Positions 25,637-38,077 of a stretch of 64,000 nucleotides of DNA are shown here, piece after piece. The notes below the pieces were generated by a model. That model was not told the origin of the DNA, ran no database searches, and was given only the letters and a program-made list of their open reading frames with translations. Numbering within the stretch: position 1 is the stretch's first letter; each line of letters starts with the position of its first letter. A program made the position numbers and the translations under genes. The stretch is from Camelus dromedarius. Its lineage: Eukaryota. Where the stretch lies: contig NC_087437.1 of the NCBI RefSeq assembly GCF_036321535.1, positions 64,730,001 through 64,794,000 of the forward strand, in the 5' to 3' direction.

Positions 25637-28600
25637 AAACCCAGGCTCTTGGGACATAATCCCACCATCCCTTCCCCCCACCAACTTCCCCTCTGCCCCA
25701 ACTTCCCCTCCCCCACTGCCATCCATATGCCTCTGCTACGCACTCCAACAGGACTTTGTAATTTCTCCACGAGAGCTCTTACCACAGTCTATTGGAATTG
25801 CCTGTTTTGCTTTTTTTTTTGGATTGCTTATTTTGCTTTGCTTTTGGTCTGTGTTCCTGTCATTTTTGTTCACCATATCATCCCCAGTGCCTTGTATTGT
25901 GTCGTACACAGTCTAGGCATTCAATAAATAGTTGAATGAATAAATGAACTGAGGATGGTTAAAATCCTGAAAGTTAAACTAATGTTAATTAAAAGTCACC
26001 TAGACCAAGAGGGTCAGGAAGTAATGAGGCTTCCTCTGAAGATTCAGAGTCAGAGATCAGTTAAAAGAACATCATCCAGATTACAGTTCTCAGCACAAGT
26101 CACAGAAATCACCCCTTCCACCACGCTGGCTACACAGCAACCCTGAAACCAAACAGAAGCATCAGGGGACAGCACCTCGGACTGAGGCAAACTCTGACTG
26201 ATGATAACGCCACACGGACCTAAGAACTGATTCAGATATAAGAAAAAAATAAAGGGGTTATAGGTGAAGTCAGGCCCATATTCAGCAATGGCAGGCAAGA
26301 TCTTACTCTTCACATTCTTAATTCTTCACTAGACATGCGCAGTCAAGTGCCATTCCTCCTCCTGACCACCATTGCTCTGCCTCATCGGTCCGCAAGCTTG
26401 TGCAAGAGGGTGGGGCTATCGGACAGCCAGGGCAGAGCTCTGAGGGTGGAGTCAGGAGCTGTTAAGTCCAGGACAAGTAGTCAGACTAGATTTTTACCCA
26501 ACAGGTTCTTGATGATTCATTTAACCCATGGACCAGCACATTCATAATCTGTATGACATTCTGATCACTTCCTGGTTCTGTAGTCAACTCTGGGGAGACA
26601 GTACAATTGCAGTATAATCTCCTTTTTGGATCAGCAACTAGTGTGCGTACAATTCGGAAAACAGTTTTATAAAGCACAATAATATAAGAGAATCAAAAAA
26701 AAAAAAAAAGCAGCACATTTTCCATGGGACAGCTAAGAAATTTAATGAGTATGAAAGATTTCTTTGGTGAGAAGGAAGCCCAGTCAAGGCTGAGATGACC
26801 TCAGGAGTAGTTTCTTTCTTATTCTCCTGCTAAATATCTGGGCTCTTGTTTATTTTTAAAAAATATTTTTTATTGAGAAACAGCTTCTACAAAGTGCCCA
26901 AATCATAAGCTCAGTAAATGCTTTTAGTTTTCTAAATAACATGATTTCTCTGGTAACGAAAACAACATATGTGCATTGTAGAAATACTCAAAAATATGAA
27001 AAGAAAATAATCATTCTTAATAATTCCATTCATAATCCCACCACGCAGAGATCCCATTTAACTTTCCAGCCTTTGGCTCTAGCTCTATTCAAGCAGGTAC
27101 TTTATAAAATTGTGGTTGTACAGTGCATACTGCCATTATTATTTTTGTTGTGACTATTTCCCTGTATTATCACATATTCTTCCACTACTTGACATTTAAC
27201 AGCTGCATAGAATTTTATCATGTGAACTTACTCTATTGAAACAGTCTCCATTACTGACCATTTAGGTTATTTCTGATTTTTTGCCAATAAACAGTCCTGC
27301 ATAAACATTTTTCAATATAAATTCCTGCCCATATTTATTGATTAGAGGATGTTAGTACTCCAGTTTCCTTAGTGAAAATGATCAGGTGCCCTGTTTTTGT
27401 GGGTTAGGTTGAGTTTATATTTTCAAGTCCCAGGATCCTTGGTATTACAGAAATACAGGGCCAAAGCAGAGAGAATACTCAGCTGAGGAAACTCAGGTTA
27501 AAAGTAGAAATTAAATTTGACAACTCATTTCAGTAAATGAGAGGATGACAGATACAAAATTGTATAAGCAAGGCATCTAAGAGCCTATGTAAATACTGAA
27601 AAATAAAAGTAGGCCAGATAGTATTTCAGATATCTATCTATATTTTTTGCTCTTCTTATTCATAGCCCTGTCCATTCAAGCTAGTGGTCACATTGTCCTC
27701 ATTGTCTTAAGGAAGGGATGTTGCATGTTAGAAAGCAGAAGTCTGATGCACTTTCTGGCATCTCAGAGGTTACATTCTAGAACAGGGATAGGTGGACAAG
27801 GTGTCTGTCTGAAACCAAAGTGAGGCTTGAAAATATTGTCTGAGCTAAGGGGAAGGAAATTGATAAATGCTCAGAAATCTCTGGGTCCTGGAGCAAAGGA
27901 GGGTGATAGCAAAACCCTAAAGACAAAGTTGCTTCAAGGTGCATGCAGCTGTGTGGGAGGCTGGGCAGCCTTGCAGGGCTTCCTGTGCCCAAGTGTGGGG
28001 TGGGAGCGGGGAGGCAGGCTGACTGGAATGGGAGGCATCTCCACTTGAGACTTGGAATCACATTATGACCCCTATTCTCCCATCTTTGGCATCATGTAAA
28101 GTTCTGGAAAAATGACAGAACCCAAAGAGGGTAAGGGGAGCCCCCAAAGCATTAAGGTTATTTCCCTGTGAGATAAGAGCTCAAAACAGAAATAGAAATA
28201 TAGAAATTCAAGTTATATTTCTTTGATACTTGGGCTTATGGTTTGAATTTTATATCCACTCATTTGTTTTTCTGCTTTCTGTGGAAATTACTAAAAATTT
28301 CTAAAATCCCAACAAGAATACTAATGAGATACAGTGTGATTCTCAGCTACCTTGCTTCAAATTCAAGCATGCACTTTTTATGGAGCATAAACCTTTATGG
28401 GACAGAATTGTAGGACATAATCCATACAAAATCTGATAATATCATTGAGTTATTTAAAAATATGTGACGTCCCTTCATACCATTTCGAAGAAATGAAGCA
28501 GTGATTTGGTTATTTGAAGAATTAATTAATAATTAGAAGCTTTAGAATTTGCTTTAGAACTATTAAAGTATACTTTAGTTTTTTATATTAACTTTCAGTG

Positions 28601-30079
28601 CAGGTTAATGAGGTCACATGTTTTACAATTCAGTAAAATCAAATAGTGGCTTATCAGGGTCTCTAATGTTTTGATCTAAGAGTCAAACTTGGAGTATTAA
28701 GAGCCTGAGCTCTACTCCCTCTGGCTATCCTGCAAAAATAACACTTCTCATAACTGGGTTTATGATGAGGACTGGATAGAGAACGCTGCAGATTGTATCA
28801 TCTGGTAAGTTCCCAGTGGGCAACGTCTCTTTGGAGCCTTTTAACCTGCTTTGATTGGCCAGATAACTCCCAGGGGACTTTAATTATTCAAACATAAGTT
28901 ATCTAGTGCTTTCCAGGGAGCAGATGTGGAGAGGAGATAGATAGGGACATGGATAGCTAGACAGACAGACAGATATGGCAGAGAGACATAGACAGAATGA
29001 ATGGATAACTGCTTTTCTAGGCAGGTTTGAAATAGAATCCTAGCTCCTCCTTGGGTAACTGGGTTAACCCTCCAGGCCCCGATTCCTCATGTGCCCCAAG
29101 GGTGCTAAGAGCCTGCATGGACTTCACAGGGTGGACAGGTCACACAAAAGACAATGTGACCCAATGCTGCTGGCTCACTGTGGGCACTCAATGTTCACAC
29201 CCCAGGGCATCTTTTCTGATGAGGCTCCTTAACAGAGAAAGAATTCATTATGGAGACAGGCCATTTTAGAACCCCTACGTCCTTCTAGGAGAAGTTTTAA
29301 GGCTGCTTGTCACCAGGTAGGAGTTTAAAAGCAGCTAACTTTTTTCTCTCCTGCTCTACAATTTAGAGGCATTTTATGCAGAGGGACCATGACTGTAGGT
29401 GCCCCACGTTTCATTCTTGCAGCAGTTATAACCAGTTAAGTGGCCATCAAGCTGATCAGATCTCGTCTATGGTCTTAGGTGAACAGGGGAGAAGGGCAAG
29501 TGCAGAGACCCTTGTTCCCTCTCGTCCTGCAGATTCTGACCAAGAGGAAGAAAGAAAGGACTGAGAGGAAGTCAAGTCAGAGTCTTACCTCGAACTCGCT
29601 GTTCTGCGCAGTAAACTTGAATTGGCCATCCTCACTTACATCAGGGCTTGTGGAAAACTGATGTTTTGCCAGTGGAAAGGAGAAGTGAGGGTTTCTGAGG
29701 GGCTTTCCCTCTGGGAGTTTTCGAGTTTAAGCAACTGTCAGGCAGTTATTCTCAGATGCACGAGGACAAACCTGGGAATCTCTTTGTGGTGAGGGGAGAG
29801 GAAGGATGTGTGAAGTTTGAAAACCCATTTTTGTACATACGTTTAGAAGATCAAAGATAACTACTTTTAAAATATTGTGAGCTACGTATGATGTGACATC
29901 TTTATAATTCTTATCTAATGATATGTGAGTAAATGGAGCTTCAGAAACTGCTTTATGCTGTAAAAGAGAGTACAAGAAGGTGTAAAAGAAGTGTAATCCC
30001 AGGGACAGGTGAGTAGAGAATCCATGGCAATTAAATCAACAGAGACATGGGGCTGGAAAGGAGCTTAGGGACCATCCAG

Positions 30080-30340
30080 CCCAGAGGCAGCAAATTACAG
30101 TTGAAAAAAAAATTCAAAAGAAAAGTAATATTTCGTGACATGTGAAAACTATGTAAAATTCAAATTTCAGAGTCCATAAATAAAGTTTTATCAGAACACA
30201 GCCATGTTGATTCTTCTATGTATTGTCTATTGCTGCTTTTTTGCTACAATGACAGAGTTGACTGGTTGTGACAATGTGTGGCCCACAAAGCTTAGAACAT
30301 TTATTATCTGATGCTATACAGGAAATTTGCTGACCCTTGA
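30080..30340. mobile_element. hAT DNA transposon (MER58-like)
   Basis: aataaagttttatcagaacacagccatg, tggcccacaaagc and aaatttgctgaccc motifs. Confidence 0.75.
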
Positions 30341-31299
30341 TCTAACTCAGGGTTCAGGCAAAGAAACTGAAGCTCTGACAGAGTAACTGGCTCGCTCAAG
30401 AGCAGAAGGCTAAACAGTAAGAAGTATTATTCATGATCTCTTTTTTCAGTCTGTATCCTTTTGGTTCTCATTACTATGTGAGCAGTTCGAGTCTCCCTTT
30501 GGACCTTTCCTAGCTCCAAAGATCTCGTCTAATGGAATGTTCCAGACTATATCCACAATTATCTTTAATAAAGAGAAATATGTTTTTGCTTTGCTTCTAA
30601 TGCCCTTTTAAAGGATATTCAGGATTTTGCTAACTTTTCCAACTAAAGCATCTTGTGACCTGCATGAAATGTCTTTATAAATTAGTTTCCAAATCCATTA
30701 GCAGGCTGTTTATTACCATTTAAGAACTTTATGGACAATTAGGATCTATTGCCAGCAAGTGCCCAGTGGCACTTTGGTTATGCGTGCCCAGCTGAGGGAA
30801 CAGAGAATGTATTATTGTAGTATCGCAGAGTTTCATGGTTGGAGCTGACCTTATATTCCAACCATTTAACAGTGAATCATTGGTTAAAGAGATCATAACA
30901 ATGTCTACTCAGTTGTTAGAAATAAAAATAGAGTTTTGTTTTTGCTTTGTTTTTCAGAGAAGCATGCATACTTCCTTAGTCACTTTTAAAGCCACATGTA
31001 AAGAAATCCAAAATCGTTAAGTACAATTTGGTGCTATCTTCAAGGCTTCAGCTGTCATTAACCATGGATAAAAACTGACCCTGTTGTTAGACTGTATCAC
31101 AGCTTTCTAACTCATTATGCTGTTTTCAGTTAAGTACCACTCAGAGGTGTTTGAAACACCTGATATTAAAAGCCCTTGCAGCTTCCCGGTGTTTACCGTT
31201 TTATTAAAAGAGAAGTTGGTGGCCTCTGTAGCTCTGTTTACAAACCGTCAGGACAAGAGCCTGCTCATCTTCACAGACTTTTTCTTCTCTCACAATAAG

Positions 31300-33250
31300 G
31301 GAATTGTGTGTTCATATCTTTTGCCTATTTTTATATTGGGTTTTTTTTGTCCTTGTTTCCTATGGTTTTTAAAAATAATTTATATATTAGGGATATTGCC
31401 CGTTATCTGTGATACATGTTGCAAATGTTTTCCCCTCAGTTAGTGATTTGCCATTGGACTTTACTTTTGGTGTTCTTTTTTGTGATGTGACAATTTTTAA
31501 TTTTTATGTAGTCAACTGTATCAGTATTTCCTTTTATTGAATCTGGATTTCAAGTCATAGCCTTTTCCCACATTCAGTTTGTAAAGGAATCCACCATATA
31601 TTTCTTCTAGTATTTTTATGATTGTATTTTTTATTTTTTACATTTAGAACTGATGCATTTGGAGATTATCCTTGTGTATGGTTTGAGGTATAATCCAATT
31701 TGATCTTTTTCAAAATGGTTCTCTAATTGTCCTCAAATATCATATATTTGCCCCAGTGGTTTTTAGATGCTTCCTTTATCACATTCTGAATTTCCGTATA
31801 TACTTAAGTTTAATTCTGGAGTTCATATTCTATTACATAGATCTGTCTGTCTATTCATGTACCAATATCAAACTTTAATTATAGATGTTCTATATTTTAA
31901 TATCTGGTACAGAGTACTGCTTTTATCTTATAGTTCTTCTTTTTCAAGTTTTTTAAAAAAAGATATTCTTTCATGTTTTTTCTTATATGAACTTTAGAAT
32001 CTTATTTAATTTATAAATTAACTTGGGAAGAACAGACAGCTTTCTAATGTGACTGATTGTATTTAAGAACATGAATGTCTTTCCTTTTGTTCAAGCCTAC
32101 TTTGAAGAGTGTTTTAAAGTTTTCTTCACGTTGATTTTGCAGTTTTTGTTACATTTATTCCTTAGAATTTGCCTTTTTTTGGTTGCTATTGTAAATAGGG
32201 CTTTTTCTTCTATTATATTTTCTAACTGGTTATTGTTAGTGCACCAAAAATGCTATTGATTTCTATGTTAGCTTTATCTCCTGCTAACCTTAGAACTCTT
32301 ATTGCATGGTTAGTTTTATTATGAATTCTCTAAGATCTATAGATACACTATTAAGTCATCTGTAAGATCCTGGCTTTAGGACTGCAGTGTATACATTTTA
32401 TTACAGTAAGGAAATATCCATTAATTCCTATATTCTTGAGTGCTTTTTTACATCAAAAATAGGTGTTAATTTTTGTCAAATATATTTTCAGCCTTTATGG
32501 AGATCGTCACGTGATTTTTCTACTTAGATCTATTAATATGGTGAATTATAGTAATTTATTTTCTAATAATAAACCACCCTTGTATTCCTGAAATAAATCC
32601 ATTGGATATGGTGTATTATTTCCTTAATGTGGTACTGAGTCCTGTTTACTAATATTTTATTTTGGATTTTTTCATCAATGTACATAAGTGATATTGCTCT
32701 GTCATTTTCTTTGTATCATTTTTGTTGGGTTTAGGGATCAGCGTTATTCTTTAATTCATGAAAAGAATGTGGACTTTTTCTCATCTCTAGATTAATGTTG
32801 TATTAGGACTATCTGGTCTTGGAAGATGTGATAGAATTTCCCTTTGAAACTGAGTCTGGTGCCTTTTTTGTGAGTAAATGTCTCTATTTTTTATATGGAC
32901 ATCTGTCTTTTTTTTTTCCTGTTGAATTTGTTCATGTTTATTACAATCAATTTCAAATAATTTTAAAAGAAAATTATAGTCTTGCTTCAGATGTTTATTC
33001 CACCTGAGTACCTTTTTTTTTCAATTGAACAGTTGGACATCAGTCTTCTTAAGCTTTTGATCTCAATTGGAGTCAATTCTGATAGACTGTATTATAGTAG
33101 AAAATTATCCATTTCATCTAATTTTTCAAATGTATTTGCATAGTGATGTGCAAAGTAGTTGCTTATGACTTTAAAAATTTCTGTTTTGATGGTTATTTCT
33201 CTTTTGTCATTTAGTATTTGGTTGATTTCGTTTGATTTTTGTTAGTTTTT
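31300..33250 (-). mobile_element. Old L1M ORF2 remnant, host of the OCIAD2 retrocopy
   Basis: T-rich degenerate antisense L1 ORF2 (ccttgtattcctgaaataaatcc, ttttgtcaaatatattttcagc). Confidence 0.7.
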
Positions 33251-34110
33251 CAGAGAACCAGAATTTTTTCTTTGTTTTACGTCTCTTAATTCTTTTAATT
33301 AGCTGTAAGCAAGCAAGAGTGCGACATTATTTCTTTTGGTGTGTGAATGCTCCCAACATGATCTTAAGTAGCAGAAAAACATGTAATGCTCAAGTCAATT
33401 GAGAATTAACACTGAAAGCATTTCAATAGAGTGAGAAAAATCAGAATGTTTCTGTTCCACTATAAGTATGTTATTTTAAAGCACACTTGAAATTTTAAAT
33501 GTGTACAAATTCAGAGGTTTTTAGAAACTTCAAAAGCCACAGCCACAGAGTTTAGGAAGCCGAAGGTTGTGAACGTCCCTCCTCACTTAATCCATGCTTT
33601 ATTTTGCATTCCTCACAGGTAAGCAGGCAGTGCCTGTTATGCGCTGGACCAAAATCAGCCCCATGCAGCTGATCTTCAAAGGAGTGGAATTTACTCTGGC
33701 ATTCTCTTATGTACGATGCCGTTCCAAGGCCAAATCCCAAGACAGAAACAAGTGCGACTTTAGGCAATGATCCAAATCTTGGATTAGCAGCTAAATAACC
33801 TTGGTGGACCAGTCCTTGGGTGACAAGCATGCTTATGAGAGAAAAAGGCAGAGCTCTCTTCCAGAAACTTTCTTCTTGACATTCCTGGATAATCTTTGAA
33901 ATCTCTGCTCTGTGGATGTGCAGTTTCGATTTTGGACAAAAAACAGACTGCTTGCTTGGTGGTGGCAAATGGGGACCTTTGTTTTGGTTTCCATGAGTAG
34001 ACACTGAAGCCATGATGGCTTTGCTTCTTTTCTAGTTGAGTGGACTCAGCTTCCTTGTTGACCCGATGTCTCTCTTTCGCGAGCTTTCTTCTCCAGAGAA
34101 CCAGAATTTT
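33251..34110 (-). mobile_element. Full extent of the processed OCIAD2 mRNA insertion, bounded by 17-bp TSD CAGAGAACCAGAATTTT
   Basis: Identical 17-mers at 33251-33267 and 34094-34110. ATTAAA on minus at 33299-33294, followed by a degenerate A-rich tail at about 33264-33278. Confidence 0.92.
33552..34013 (-). CDS. OCIAD2: Intronless OCIAD2 retrocopy with intact 153-aa ORF (retrogene or processed pseudogene)
   Basis: MASVSTHGNQ...EESFWKRALPFSL...RHCLLTCEECKIKHGLSEEGRSQPSAS* matches the OCIAD2 family along its full length. No introns, Kozak gccatcATGG. Confidence 0.93.
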   Translation of the reverse strand: MASVSTHGNQNKGPHLPPPSKQSVFCPKSKLHIHRAEISKIIQECQEESFWKRALPFSLISMLVTQGLVHQGYLAANPRFGSLPKVALVSVLGFGLGTASYIRECQSKFHSFEDQLHGADFGPAHNRHCLLTCEECKIKHGLSEEGRSQPSAS

Positions 34111-34174
34111 GAATTTTGAATTAGTTTCCCCTTAACCAGCTCACTGCAAGCTTTTCCTGTAATTCAACTATTGT

Positions 34175-34188
34175 CCACTAGGTGGTAG
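34175..34188 (+). promoter_or_regulatory. CTCF-like motif CCACTAGGTGGTAG
   Basis: Matches the CCASYAGRKGGCRS core except for one C>T. Confidence 0.45.
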
Positions 34189-35588
34189 CAGATATCTTGG
34201 ATATGCCATTCACGAGCTCAAATTTCAATTTTCTTCTTAAATTCATTGTAGATTTTACCTGTATATTTTTCAAATAAAAATGAAGATTATTTGCATGTTT
34301 AAATAAAAACTTTAAATTATTATGTATTGTTTTATCGGAAATCAGTATTGACCAATCACATATATAGTTAAACTATAAAAAATGTGTTTTTCTATTGTTA
34401 GCTAATTCTCTTATCTATGGACTGACTAGAATGCAATTCTTTAATTCCTTCTGATGTTCTCTTCTAGTAATATGTCCATAGGAAACTGGGTAACACAAAT
34501 TTCTTCCAATTTCTTTCTGCCACTGGTTCCAGAATGTTGGGGTTCAGGGAATAATTTTTGTGCCTGCCTTTTTTTACTTGTCCATAGGTTTTCATTTCTT
34601 ATTTTCAGAGTTTCACTTTTATTCCTTCTGTTGGCAAAATCAAGAAATGAAATCTCTGACCTGCTGAGACCAAAAATCCCCAGTCTACCAGGTTACTTTC
34701 TTCAATTAGAGAGCAGTAACTTTCCACTGATTCATAGAATGACATCACTTTTTTTCCCATCAGCTTTCTAACTGGAAACTCATTTAAACTATTTTACATA
34801 TGTTGGTACTTATCTTGCCACATTCTAGCCACAAATCTGAGTTCTTAAAAAAATTTTAGGAGGAAAGTTCTATGCACAGAGAGCATTTAAGCTAAAATGT
34901 AAAGTTTTGAGCTAATAGCTCAACAAACATAAAGTTTAAATGTATAAAAATAAATATCTAACTTTTATTAAAAATTTTCTAAACATTCAGAAAAATAGTG
35001 CAATAAACACCCCATGCTACCACTCAGATTAAACAATTAATATTTTTGCCATATATTTTAATGTATCTATTTTTTTTTGTGAAACATTTAAAAGTAAGTT
35101 GCAGATATTATGACCATTTACTTCTAAACAGTTCATCTGGCATCCCCCAAGTATAAGGACATTCTTCTATATAACTACATTGTCATCCCTAAGAAAATTA
35201 ACAATACTTCTTTAATTTCATCTAATAACCAATCCATATTCTCATTTCCCAAATTTCCCTCAAATTCAAGTTTCACTCATTACTTTTGGTTACTAATTAG
35301 AATTTTATAATCTAGAAAGGCCTTTAAAAAATTACATTGACTTTTTGAAGTAACCAGGACTTTTGCCTGACTTTTCCTTGTAGTGTCATTCAATTCTAAG
35401 AGCATATTGTCAAATTAACTTTATGACAACCAATTCCTATTGCCACGTGAAAGTTTTCAGAAGTTGCAGTGATTTGAAGCCACAAAATCATTTGCAAGAC
35501 TGATTCTTTCATGGTTCTGGAGGAACTTGCAACCTAGAATGCTGGAGCAGGAAAGCCCACCCCCCACTGACAGATTAGAAAAGTTAAG

Positions 35589-36296
35589 TGTAATGGTTTC
35601 CTATTGCCACTGTAATAAGTTACTCCAACTATAGTGGCTTCAAACAACACAAATTGTTATTTTCCAGTTCTGGAGGTCAGAAGTCCAAAAAGGGCTAAAA
35701 GCAAGGTGTTGGCAGGGCTGCATTCCTTCCTGGAGACCCTAAGGGAAACTTCTCACATTTCCCAGCTTCTAAAGGTCACCTACATTCCTTGGCTTATGTT
35801 CTCTTCCTCCATCTTCAAAGCCGGAGCATAGCATCTTCAAAGCTCTCTCTTAAAAAAAAAATTATACATAGTGTTTTTTTTTTTTTAATTGAAGCATAGT
35901 TGATTTACAATATTATATTAGTTTCAGGTGTACAACATAGTGATTCAATAATTTTGTAGATTATACTCCATTTAAAGTTATTATAAAATATTGACTTTAT
36001 TCCTTGTGCTGTACAGCATACACTTGTAGCTTATTTATTTTATACAGAGTAGTATTTTCAAAACTCTGACTCTGACCCCGACTTTCCTGTTTCTCTCTTT
36101 CATTTATAAGAACCCTTGTGATTACATTGGGTCCATCTGAATAATTCAGGGTACTCTTCCTACCTCAGTGTCAGCTGATTAGCAATTTTAATTGCATATA
36201 CAACCTAATTCTCCCTTGCCACAGAACATAACATATTCACAGGATCTGGGGATTATGTCATAGACATCACTGGGGGCCTTTATTCTGCCTCCAACA
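35589..36296 (-). mobile_element. MaLR LTR (MLT1) with a nested L1 3' fragment (about 35870-36055)
   Basis: cagttctggaggtcagaagtcc, aaggtgttggcagggctgcattcc and gattacattgggtcca motifs. Confidence 0.8.
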
Positions 36297-37779
36297 GGAA
36301 GTGACCTGACAAAGATTTGTTAGTTACTCACATGGGTCCTTTTAATACCCTACAACCTTATACGTTTGTTTGTTTTGCATTGAAATTTAGTAAAAGGTGA
36401 TCCTATGTCAAACCCTATTCCAGAGAATTTAATAAAAGAGGCATTAGAAGGATTTTATTACAAAATTACACTCTGATAACCAGGTAGATCCACAATTTGG
36501 TTCTTGAGGATAGTGCTGGTTTGTGCCCACTTTATCTTTTCAGTCTTAAATATGCCAATTTAATTAAAATTTTCTGTATTTAAAATACTGCCTTATCTGA
36601 TACATCTGAAGTCGGATTGCTTCACTTACTGGTTTTGTTTGATTTTGATAAGGGAGTTGTTTTTTCTTTGACTCTAATTAAGAGAATCCAAATAGCTTAA
36701 ATCACATAAATCACTTCAGTTCAACATCTAAAATTCTAGTTATCTTCTTCTGTTACTTCGAGGTGCAGGAAGAGTCCAAAAACGTAGGTGAGGGTCACAC
36801 GCATCTCCAGGGTTATCTGTTCAAATCAGATCTGAGGTAGATTGTGCTGTTGACACCCAGACTCGTGTACTGCCAAGACTTAACACTTTACTAAAAGTGA
36901 GGTTCTGGAGTCTCACTTATTCAGTATGATGGTCACAGTTGTGGAAGTCCAGGGCAGAGATGGCTGGTGCCTTCACTGGCATCCTGGGGGAGGGGAGGAG
37001 GGTTAAGAAGCTGGTTGGAGACACTGAGGAATACTAACAACATTTTGTTTCATAATTAGTTTTCAGTTTACTTCCCACATCTGTATAGCAAAGTGATTTT
37101 AAAAATTATTCTTTGAATGTTTTACCTTCTACCTTATCTAAGATCACTTACTATTGGCCAGAGTGTAGGGAAATGGAGTCACTCTGTCCATTACCTATCC
37201 AGTCAAGACTTCGGGTGGATTTGGTCTATGAGTGATTTCTTCCAATCTACTGTCCATTGTAATCTTGGCTTTATTAGCCAAGTGCCTCAGGTAAGACTGT
37301 GTTTCTTCCTCTTTCTCTCCCCTTCACTCCCACCAGTGTCATGTCAATGAAGCTATGTGACTTTACAAAAGAAAGAAGCAAACAGTGCATTGTTTTCCTC
37401 CCATCTTCCCCCTGTATCCTTTTCAATGAAACTTCATTCATGTTATTCCATGTGGACATAGTATTCTGTGTCTTGCCCTCCCCCTTAACATCACTTCTAA
37501 ACTTGATTACATGCTTTGACCGCGTGCACATGCCTGTCATATCTGATTTTTGTGAGTGGACTGTCCTGCAATGGGCTCATAAGAGTAATTTCCTCAGCCA
37601 TCCCCTGGGTGCTGGGCATCTGGACTCTCCTGTTTGCATTGCAGGCCCTCAGCAGTGTGTCTGTTGTCCCTTGGGTGCAGGCCTACCTGCACATGGCCAG
37701 GGGGTCTCATGCAGCCAGAACACGTGGGTACTAATTAATTTTGCTGCCTGTTGGCTTCTTTCTTTGGGAATCTACTCAT

Positions 37780-38077
37780 AAAAGAAAAATTACTATCTCT
37801 CCCCCTGCCCCCTTGGCAACCACAAGTTTGTATTCTATGTCTGTGAGAGATAGACTGGGATTTCAAAATTGCAGAATAGATAAACAAGATTATACTGTAT
37901 AGCACAGGGAAATATATACAAGATCTTATGGTAGCTCACAGAGAAAAAAATGTGACAATGAATATATATATGTTCATGTATAACTGAAAAATTGTGTTCT
38001 ACACTGGAATTTGACACAACATTGTAAAATGATTATAAATAAATAAAAAATGTTGAAAAAAAAAAGAAAAATTACTA
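37780..38077 (+). mobile_element. Young L1 3' end with 5' inversion (twin priming) and 16-bp TSD
   Basis: TSD AAAAGAAAAATTACTA at 37780-37795 and 38062-38077. Segment 37796-37845 is reverse-oriented L1 3'UTR. Confidence 0.85.

Noticed and set aside
28930..29010. GATA/GACA-rich stretch as a regulatory cluster
   Set aside because: A degenerate tetranucleotide microsatellite.
37299..37781. 160-aa ORF
   Set aside because: No recognisable domain, and it overlaps degraded L1-like sequence.
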